64,000 bases of DNA from Octopus sinensis. Taxonomy: Eukaryota. The stretch is taken from the NCBI RefSeq assembly GCF_006345805.1, contig NC_043008.1, positions 68,324,001 to 68,388,000 on the forward strand, given 5' to 3'. Positions within the stretch are counted from its first letter, which is position 1; the number at the start of each line of letters is the position of its first letter. Both the position numbers and the translations under genes were made by a program. Of the stretch, positions 51,083 through 61,400 are shown piece after piece. The notes beneath the pieces are model-generated. The model made no database searches, was not told the DNA's origin, and saw only the letters and a program-made list of their open reading frames with translations.

Positions 51083-51145
51083 TTTGAGCTGACGAAAGAA
51101 ATGCTGATTTTATTTGGCTAATCTTGAAACGTTGACGTACTCAAA
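51083..51145 (+). ncRNA. Type I hammerhead ribozyme, locus B right arm
   Basis: TTTGAG|CTGACGA|AAGA...TCTT (with inner GCTGA/TTGGC)|GAAA-CG-TTGA-CGT-A|CTCAAA. Predicted cleavage after GUA at 51139. Confidence 0.78.
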
Positions 51146-51643
51146 CGATCTATGTACTTGTGATATTTTTCTGTATTTACCTCCAAACCTTCGTGAGCTG
51201 TCTGGAGTAAACATTATCTGAGAGAATTTTCTTTAAGTAGTAGAAATGGCTAAAAAAATTTTTTTTTGGCTGCTATTTCTACTAAGTCCAGTATGTGGCA
51301 AAGTAATTTATTTTACTAAGCCCTAATTATATAATGTAATATTTTGAATTCGCCTTAAATGGTCCTTTTACATACTGAACACTTGGTGAAATTGATTAAT
51401 TAATTTTACCCTCAATTATTGATACTATAATTCATTTCTCTCTGTCATACTGCCTTGGTTCTCACGGTTAAAATATAACATTTGCTAGATAGACCACGTG
51501 GGTGGAAAAGATTTGCAGAGATTTACGCCTGCGCATTTTGAATTTGTTGGCACTAGCAGTTGGAGCTGGTTCATTTGAAGCGACAAGTTCGCCAAGAGGT
51601 AAAGTTCCTTCTTTTTAGTGTTTCCAAATCCAAATTAAGAAAT

Positions 51644-51706
51644 TTTGAGCTGACAAAAGAAATGGTGATTTTATTTGGCTAATCTTGAAACGTTGACGTA
51701 CTCAAA
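51644..51706 (+). ncRNA. Hammerhead copy with G8A core mutation (probably impaired), locus B third copy
   Basis: Same stems I and III as 51083-51145, but the core reads CTGACAA and stem II has a C>G change. Confidence 0.6.
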
Positions 51707-51898
51707 CGATCTATGTACTTGTGATATTTTTCTGTATTTACCTCCAAACCTTCGTGAGCTGTCTGGAGTAAACATTATCTGAGAGAAATTTTCTTTAAGT
51801 AGTAGAAATGGCTAAAAAAATTTTTTTTTGGCTGCTATTTCTACTAAGTCCAGTATGTGGCAAAGTAATTTATTTTACTAAGCCCTAATTATATAATG

Positions 51899-51943
<45 letters not shown>

Positions 51944-52784
51944 GAGAGAGAGAGAGAGAGAGAGAGAGGGGTTATGAGAGGTAATAGTGTCAATAAGACC
52001 CAGAGGTGTCAAGTAATGCTGAATAAGTGCTATGGACAGACCATAGTTAAGCTCCAGGATCAGTGATTATGTGAATAAGGAGTCCAACGTAGGTCATATA
52101 TCAGCATGTGTATATATAAAAAAACTTTTTTTCAGAATGAGATAAAAAAACCAAGGCTGTGAAGAATTTGAACATTTATAAATAGGTCTTACAGCTGTTT
52201 CCAGGATATTTTATATATCCCTTCATTGGAGACACTGTGAGAAAATGGTTAAGCAATAGTTAATTTGGATAAGATATGAAATAGAGAGTGAAGTGGAGGA
52301 ATGAAAATAGATGTGAGATATGCAGGGATATTGCATTTGTAGATCCATTATTTAGGCAGAATGGTATACATATAAGATTCCAATACCTTGTGAGTAAATA
52401 CTGACAATGGTAAGAAACCTACCTTTTGTCAGTTAAATACAGCATGATATGATCCGTTCAGATATTTTGTTGGATGGTCATTAACTGTTCAGGAGTTCCT
52501 CTGCACTTTGACAGGTCTTATTTTTCATCCCACACGGTGTCCAACAACACCCTCCTCACCAAGCAAGCCTGGTGGCGTTGCCAGTTTAGTCGCTGATGAC
52601 CCAACCATGTGACAGGTTGTACTGGATTACATGCTACAAGTAGCATACAATGGGCTTCTTTCAGTTTCTGTCTAAATCCACTCACAAGGCTATCGTTGAC
52701 CGAGACTATAGTAGAAGACATTTTCCCAGGGTGCCATGCAGTGGGACTGTACCTTGAACCATGTGGTTGGGAAGCAAGCTTCTT

Positions 52785-54170
52785 TATTTCAATATTTTTC
52801 CCATAAAGGCATTACATGCGGGGACATATAACAATAAAAAATATATAAAAATAAAATATATTATGAATGACACATGAAAATAAACATGAAAAACAAATTA
52901 AAATTATGATAACATGCGTGATAGTTGAAAATGAAAATATGAAGAGTGTGCTACTCACTCCACACTGAGCAACACTACTTGCTGCCTCTGAGTCCTCGTT
53001 TCCTTTTAGTCACTGTTCCAGTTCTGCTATCGCTCCATGACTGCACTCTCTCATAACCTTTTTCACTGGGGTAGGGGTCTTCTAAATCCTGAGGTGTCTG
53101 CTCTTTTTTCCTTTTTTACCTGTGGGAAATGGGGTGGGTGGGTTTGGGTTAGGGTTAGGGTTAGGGTGGTTCTGAGTGGTCTTGGGTGGGATGGAGTTGG
53201 ATTGGGGTACCACATCACACTCAGTGTTTTTTTTTTTCTCTTCTTCCCTCTGCTCTTTGTTACTCTCCATTCTTCCTCCTTCTGTCTTTTCTTTTCCATC
53301 TCCAAAACTGTTTCTTCTGCTACTGACCTTTGTAGAGGACAGTATGCTCTAATATGGCCTGTTTGGCCACATTTAAAACAACGTGGTACTCTGCCCTCTA
53401 CCCACACTCTCAGCACAATTTCTCCCAGCATCACCGTCTCTGCCAAACTCTCCAGTTGTCCCTCCTCTGCCTGTATAATTAGTTCTAGTGTCTTCGCTTT
53501 CCACCCTCCTTCTTCCATTTCTGTGGCTTGAAGGACAGCCCCCTTCTCCACACTTCCAATAAGGACAGCTGCCGCCACCCCAGCCACTTCTATATCAGGT
53601 GGGATTGCTTCTACCCTTACCTTGGAAGTCTTTCTTGCAAGGTGTGTGGGCAGAAGCACTACTTCCTCTGTTTTCACCACCACACTCGCCAGCCTCCTCA
53701 CCTCCTCTACTGTCCAAAATTGTACGACCATTGTCCCATGTCTCCTTCCTTTAGTTATATATGTTATTTCCTTTGACCGCTCCCTTAGCGCCTTTTCCAG
53801 TTCAGCTTCCACCTGCTTGGCCTTTTTACCTTTTTACGAGAACACCTTATAGGTGATCATTTTCCTCTCCATAATTCTTTGGGGGCGGGGTGGGGGGAGC
53901 AACAACCTCATGTTGCCACCAACCTTCTGTACCATCTCATACTCCTTCAGACCAGCCAAGTCCAACTCCCTTTGCTTCATCCCCGTGGCCTCAGCAAAAC
54001 TCCTTGTCTTCTCCAACACTCCGTCCATCTTTATGACTGCCCTTACCAGCTCCTCCTCTGCTGAAGACAACTCAGACTCGCTAAGGTCTGAATACATTTT
54101 CTAAGCAGCAAAAAAAAAACCGTCCAACTCTCAACAAATTCACACAGCAACTACTGGACAACGCATGTGC
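52785..54170 (-). mobile_element. ORF1-only L1/Tx1-like element inserted in a SINE head, 15-bp TSD
   Basis: One reading frame 54097-53063 with a single internal TAA (53834-53836) and a CCHC knuckle CFKCGQTGHIRAYC. AT-rich tail ends in AATAAA. TSD GGAAGCAAGCTTCTT at 52770-52784 and 54171-54185. Confidence 0.8.
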
Positions 54171-54439
54171 GGAAGCAAGCTTCTTAGCATACAGCCACTC
54201 CTATGCCTACATATATATATATATATACACACACATGATGGGCTTCTTTCAGTTTCTATCCACCAAATCTACTCACAAGGTTTTAGTTGGTCTGGAGCTA
54301 TAGTAGAAGACACTTGCACAAGGAATCTTGCAGTGGGACTGAACCTGAGATCACATGGTTTCAAAGCAAACTTCTCAATCACAGTCATGCCTGAATTGTA
54401 TTGAAATCTTTCACTGACATCCTTTTATAATTAACATGT

Positions 54440-54705
54440 TCTGTGAAGGCAAAAAGACAAAACACATACTCATGTGTGTGTGTGTGTGTGCGTGCGCGCA
54501 TGCACATACATACACACATGCATACATACACATATACATACACACATGCATACATACATATATACATGCACACATACATATATACATGCACACATACATG
54601 CCTGTATGCATACATAGATACTTATATATATGCATACATACATATATGCATGCATACTTATATATATGCATACATACATATATGCATGCATGCATACATA
54701 CATGA
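54440..54705. repeat. Compound (TG)/(TACA)/(CATA) microsatellite
   Basis: Directly visible. One of many (AT)n, (CA)n, (ATC)n and (TAA)n tracts, e.g. 10440-10620, 14900-15027, 45409-45471. Confidence 0.9.
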
Positions 54706-55849
54706 AGGGCTTCTTTCAGTTTCTGTCTACCAAATCCACTCACAAGGCTTTGGTTGGTCTGGGGCTGTAATACATCTCACTTGGCTAAGGTGCTGTAAAG
54801 TGGGACTGAACAGTCATGTAGTTGTGTAGCAAACTTCCCATCCAGCAGCTATATAAACACACACACACATCACAGCCATGTCATCTAGAGTTGTAAGATA
54901 GATACTGCCTAACCAGACTAACACTATAAATACTGAATATAATGAGTAAATCATTTTTTAATCCTTTATAAGTATGTTCATTTAATGCATAAATTCAGTG
55001 AATAAATAATAAATAAATAAATTTTTTAATCCAATTTACATGGAATATTTTTTTTATTGATTATAAGTAAAGATAAAAAAAGAATTTTTTTTTACAGAAA
55101 TTGTATAAAAAATCAGATTAAGCCATTTGGCAGTTTGGCTGATTTGGGCAAGTTGGCAGGAGGTCAAAAAATAAAAAAATAAATAGGTCAGTAATTATAA
55201 AAAAAAAAGAAAGAAAAGAAACATCTTTTGCATGCAAGGCAGTTAAAAAGTCTGGAAATATGAAATATTGCAAATGTTATGAATATTATAGGTCTATAAA
55301 ATAAAGTTTATAAATGAGTTTGGTTCAGCAGGTAGGTTTTTAGTGATTTTTTTGATATTAGACAAGCACAATCTCTCTGTGCCTTTTAATCTTAATATAG
55401 AGACCATTTAAACTATATTAGTTTCATGTCCTGTGAGATCACATCAAGAATGTATTAAATATGTTACCATAAGGGCAAAAAATCGTTCTACTTTTTAAGT
55501 ACCATTACAGAGTGTGAAGTGTGTTCATGTTTGTTTGTTTTTGAAAATTTCACTAATTCTGAGAGATATGCATGCCTGTATGCATGCACACATGAACACA
55601 TTCATATATATGTATGTTTGTACATACACTAGTCTATTTATGTCATACCTGCCATACATATCTTATTTCTACATGGAAAATGAACATTGAATTGACAGAA
55701 TTATTTCGCCCTCAGAAATAATACTTTATGATTATTTTTTTAAGCATTTTACTTCTGAATGCCATTTCTACCAAGGTCAGTTTTGTTTTTCACTCCTCCT
55801 GGGTCAATAAAATAAAGCACCAGTTGAGTACTGTTTTGTTGATGGTATT

Positions 55850-56640
55850 AAAATAATAATAATAATGAAATTATTGTATACAGTGCTCAGGTGCACCACA
55901 ACTTATCAAAAGTGCATATAAAGCATATGCAGTAATATACAAATGTCTGGAAAGAGAACAGTGTATGAGTCAGATACATGCTTGCGTGTGTATGGAGGGG
56001 AGAAAATCAGGTGTAGTGTTGACGAATCTCAGGAAGCATGGAAGTTTTGAAGGATGCAGTGCTCCGACAACTAACAACTGATGCTGGCAGTTTGTTCCAT
56101 GCTTCAGCAACCCTTAGCATGAAAAAATGTTTCTGAAAGTCATGGGAGCTCTGCTGTCTTCTGACTTTGTAAACATGTTCACGGGTGTTAGACAGGTGGA
56201 GTTTGAAAAGGTGTTCAGAGTTATTGTTTGTAAGATGGTTAATAATTTTATGGGTGTCTGCCAAGTCAGCTGCCAGACGTTGGAATTTCAATGTATCCAT
56301 GCCCAGGGAAGTAAGGCATTCAGAATATGGCAAATGCCTGATGGAGAGTATTCTCTTGGTTGCACGTCACTGAATGGTTTCCAGTTGATTAATATCCTGG
56401 GAAAGATAGGGGTTCCAGACCGGTGATGCAAATTCCAGGTGAGATCACACCATAGCTATATAAAGGCTCAGATAGATAGCTGGAGAGCGGCTCACAAAGG
56501 ACTTGGTGAGTGATGCCAAGACACTCTCAGCCTTCTTGGCAATTTTAGCAATGTGTTTTGTCCAACGCAAATTGCTATTGACAATAATGCCCATGTCACG
56601 TTAACTAACACCCTTCTCTCAAAATTCCCAGCTTTGAGCC
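55850..56640 (-). mobile_element. CR1-like LINE 3' fragment
   Basis: Peptides LEFASPVWNPY and FFMLRVAEAWNKLPASVV, followed by a 3' UTR and (TTA)n tail. Confidence 0.85.
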
Positions 56641-56879
56641 TAAAGTTGAAATAGTTATAAAAGGCTTTATGCTTATAAACTTGAAATTAGAGTGATAATC
56701 ATATGTTGTTGTTGACATTGACCATCATCACAGTGTAGCTCAGCAGTATTAACATCATTCATTGTTGCATATCAAAAACTCTTAGCTATGCTCATGACCC
56801 ATTGCCACTTTATGCATTTGGTGTTTACTATGGTATGTAGACCTTCTCTCCTTGGTCCAGTTTCATTAGGTAATACTAA

Positions 56880-58450
56880 AAAGAACTTTCATGAGTGGAA
56901 GCTAGGTTTAGAATCAATGTAGTAAAGACCAAAGTTCTAGTAAGTAGGAAGACGAACTCACCACACATCCCCTTAGGTAGGTGGCTCTGCTCGATCTGTA
57001 GAAAAGGTGTAGGTAGAAACTCCATATGATGTACCCAGTGTAAGCTATGGACACATAAGAGGTGCAGCAATATCAAAGGAAAATTAACCGAGAAGATAGC
57101 TTTCATGTGCGGCAGATGCACAGGGACAATAGACACCACGGATACTCAGAAAACAAATTCAATTACACTCCAGGGACAGACACTAGAAGTAGTTGATAGT
57201 TTCTGCTACCTAGGTGACCAAGTTAGTAGTGGGGGTGGATGCTCAGAGAGTGTTACCACTAGAATAAGAATAGCCTGGGCAAAGTTTAGAAAGCTCCTAC
57301 CCCTACTGGTGACAAAGGGTCTCTCGCTCAGAGTGAAAGGTAGATTGTACGATGCATGTGTGCGAACCGCCATGCTTCACGGTAGTGAAACATGGGCTGT
57401 GACTGCGGAGGACATGCATAGGCTCAAAAGAAATAAGCTAGCATGATCCGCTGGATGTGTAATGTCAGTGTCCATGCACGACAGAGTGTAAGCACCCTGA
57501 GAGAAAAGTTGGACATAAGAAGCATCGAATGTGGCGTGCAGGAGAGACATTTGCGTTGGTATGGTCATGTACTATGTATGGATGTGGAGAGATGTTTGAA
57601 AAAGTGCTACTCCCAAACTGTTGAAGGAATCCAGGGTAGAGGTAGACCCAGGAAGACATGGGATAAGGTGGTCAAGCATGACCTTCGAACATTGGGCCTC
57701 ACAGATGCTATGACGAAAGACTGAGACCTCTGGAGATATGCTGTGACTGCGAAGACCTGACAAATGAAGTGAGTTCATGGCTCGCAGGACGGCCTGCTGT
57801 GCTAACATTGGATCGTAGGGTGACCTGCTGTGCTTGATGAGACCTACTGAGTCAAGTATGTCAACATCAAAGTAAAAATCAAATGGATATCGTAGTTGTG
57901 ATACCTATGTCAGTGGTACATTGGACCTCACAGAGGAAATGATGAAAGACTTTGACCTCTGGAGATATGCTGTGATTGCAAAGACCCAACAAATGAAGTA
58001 AGTTCATGGCTCGCAGGATGGCCTACTGTGCTAACCTTGGATCGTAGAGGAGACCTATTGAGTCAAGTACGTCAACACCAACATCAAAATAAAAATCAAA
58101 TGGAAATTGTAGTTATGATACCGGTGCTGGTGGTACGTAAAAAGCACCATCCGAATGTGGCTGATGCCAGCGCTGCTTGACTGGTGTCCGTGTTGGTGAC
58201 ACGTAAAAGGCACCAACCGATCGTGGCCGTTTGCCAGCCTCCTCAGGCTCCTGTGCTGGTGGCACGTAAAAAGCACCCACTATACTCACGGAGTGGTTGG
58301 CGTTAGGAAGGGCATCCAGCTGTAGAAACACTGCCAGATCAGACTGGAGCCTGGCACAGCCTCTTGGCTTCCCAGACCCCGGTCGAACCGTCCAACCCAT
58401 GCTAGCATGGAAAACAGACGTTAGATGATAATGATGATGATGATGATGAT
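56880..58450 (+). mobile_element. Second truncated copy of the same RTE LINE, with an internal ~230-bp duplication
   Basis: ORFs 57105-57446 and 57443-57724 are homologous to 26466-27137. About 57690-57890 is repeated at about 57925-58090. Ends in (GAT)n. Confidence 0.9.
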
Positions 58451-61400
58451 GTAATTAGTTTTGTAGAAAAAAGTTCTTGGGGGAAAAAAATAAAACGGTA
58501 ACTAAAACAGCAGGAAGAAATATTTTTGATAATCATGCTGTGTTTTTTTACTTATTTTATCATAATTTTTCAGTTTAAGGTAGGGGAGTGGGCAGAATCA
58601 AAAGCATGCTGGGCAAAATGCTTGGCAGCATTTTATTCGTTTTTATGTTCTGATTTCAAATTCTGCTCAGATTATCTATGTCTTTCATCCTTTCAGGATT
58701 GATAAACTAAGTACCAGTCAAGTACTGGAGTTGATGTACCGTAATCGACTTCCCCCTCCCCTCCAAAACTATTGGCCTTGTTCCAAAATTTGAAACCATT
58801 ATTATTGTTCATTTAGTTTTGTAAATTGAATGTAACCACTTATAGGAAGGTAATACAAATACATGGTTAATAGTTGTGAAAGATTTTACCCTCAATATTA
58901 AGGCTCTGGAAGGGAAATGCTTTATTTATACAATTCCTTACAAACTAAAAGTGGTAAACTATACCAGGAAGCAAGGAGAGTTTTTTGGGCACTGTTTACA
59001 GTCAAAATTATAATGGAATGATGAAAGCAAGGAGAACAATGATGAATTGTGAGAAAATGGTAAACATAACCTTTGTTGTTGGGAAAGGAACAAATGCCAT
59101 GAGACATTCTATTTGATGTAATATGTTTGCTTTTAGGTGTTTGGGTTTAATTTACAAATATAAAAGTAAAATGAGACAAAAAATGTAGTATCATTATAAA
59201 AAAAGGCTTTCCTGCTGTTGTTGTCAGACATCTTGTCCAAGATTTTTTTTCTGCTGTACCATAGCAGAATAATTAAAATAATTAAAAGAACTAAAAATTC
59301 TCTCTTAGTATTTCTTGATGAACTTGGATTTAAGTGTATGGTCTTATATATTCATGGGCTTTATATGTCATCAAATTTGTAAAAAAGACTTTCAGTCTTT
59401 TGTGGGTGGGGGGTCAACTAATGCCAATACTTTTTTGCGATAATCCTTAAAAGTTTATTTTTGTGGATGCTTACCTTGACTAACTTAAAGTTAAAGAACC
59501 ATTGTTATACAGTCACCTTTCATTTTACTGAGCTGTCAATACCAACTACTTTGAAACGTTTGTTGTAAGATACTCAAGTTTAACATGTTAGATTTCTCTA
59601 AAACATCTGTGCACAAGTTTGTGCAAGTCTGCAATTCTGGGGAGATTCCCTCTAGGAAGAAATTTCTTGAGTAGTAAATTTAGGGATTCTAATGACGAAA
59701 TTGTGTTTTAGTAGAAAAATTCATTATTACAATTCACACCATTTTAGCTAAATTTAATTTCTTTATTGATTTTAAGGTTGTTTAATGTTAAATTAATATA
59801 AAGCAGATAATTCAATCCAATTAATTCTCTACAACGATTCATTGTAGACAGGACAACTTTTTTCTTATCATATGTAGGGAAAAACCAGGATAGTGAACTG
59901 GTCAAGGATTGAAATGCAGAAAAGTTGGTTAAGAAACAGTGATTTATGTGTATTTGTGCATCTATCTTGTTGCATTAAAGTAGGTATTTATTTACAGATA
60001 AGTGGTTAGATCTATGCAAAGAGATAAAAAGCATTAAATTTTTGGTCTGTGCAAATCTACTCTATATCTAAAATATTCATTGAAAGGAGATAAATTAATT
60101 CATACAACTGACAGCCATGAATTTCTTGTTGTTTAAAATATATCATCTTCCCGTTAATAAGTAATAACCTATGACACATAATTCAGCAACACTCATAATT
60201 AATTATAACAATTAAATGACACATACACACACAAAATTAATAAATACTTGGAATCCAGAAGCAGCAAGCATTATCTCCCTTGTTTACAAAGTTGCCAGGA
60301 GAGTTCCACACAGGTTTTGAACTGTTATGGCTAAGTAAATTCTAATTAATTTATTTAAAATCAACGACGGATATTTATATATATATTTATATAGATATAC
60401 ACTCACACACACATATATATATATACACGTATATGTATGTATGTGTGTTCGTACCTTAAAAAACGAACATGAGCGAACAAGAAAATTCCACGGTAACAAT
60501 TATTTGTTTTATATATCATTGTTTGTAGCAATAATGCAAGTTTGAGACACCGAATTTATTAACCCAGCACTCCCGTTTCGGGTTTAACACAGATCACACA
60601 TTTTTCTCTGTCTATTCAATAGACTATACATGTCACACAGAAACGCGTGTAGACGATTTCAGTGCCACTGCATATAAAAGTCACAAAAGACACACAAAAA
60701 TTCGTGGCTTAGGTAGAGTCGTGTTTTTAGTGCGAGTATAAAAAGCTATTGGTATCTGCTGAAATGAGTATATACAAAAATTTGTAGTAATGTATACTCA
60801 TGTACAGGAATGCATAAACACCTACATTCGCATATATTTGTATAGGTTATGATATTACATTTATATTTTGCCCAATGTCTTCCTAATTAAGGATGACGTT
60901 TAATAAGAAATCGAAAAGCGCATTCACTAATCGTTTCTTCATAGGTAGGAAAGTTGAAGATTAGCTTCCTTGTTGTTTGTTCTCGATTACACCATTTTCA
61001 TTTTCGCAGTTAAAAGTAAAAACATGCCTAACAACCTCCTACGCACATACCACCACACAATCATTATCCTCCTTTAACGATGTTTGTTTGTGTGTGTATA
61101 TATATATCTATACATACATACACATAAAGACAAAGATACTGTTTCCCATGTGAGCTCCTTTTTCACGTTTTATTTGTAGGTTTGTACGTTTGTTAGTTAC
61201 TTCCCTTTACAAAACAAGCATGAATGTCACCTAATCACATTTACTTGTCTACTTATGATTTGTGGGTGATGGATGAGTTATCAAGGCTATATACTTAGCA
61301 ATATTTACTTTCAACCTATTACATTCTGAGTTCTAATTCCTCCAGGGAAGCTTCCATAAAAGTACCAGTAATATACTGTAGAACATTCATTCAACTACAG

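Larger units (their letters stand above)
50534..51904. mobile_element. HHR-bearing Penelope-like pLTR array: ~890-bp palindrome plus a tandem copy (561-nt period)
   Basis: 50534-50979 is inverted at 50983-51424 (four 1-nt deletions, one substitution). 51535-51904 directly repeats the right arm. Flanked by (TA)n on both sides. No ORF. Confidence 0.7.

Noticed and set aside
53037-54104. Plus-strand ORFs of 164, 82, 76 and 83 aa
   Set aside because: Antisense shadows of the minus-strand ORF1 frame.
54385-54829. Several overlapping YICMH/HTYIH ORFs
   Set aside because: Microsatellite translations.
58880-60100. Short open frames (GSGREMLYLY..., DKWLDLCKEIK..., GKTRIVNWSR...)
   Set aside because: Plausible on both strands with weak splice sites and no recognisable family, so unsupported without transcript data.
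60630-60660. GAAACGCGT motif like locus A stem III
   Set aside because: Followed by G (non-cleavable), with no CUGANGA or UUGANAA core or stems upstream.
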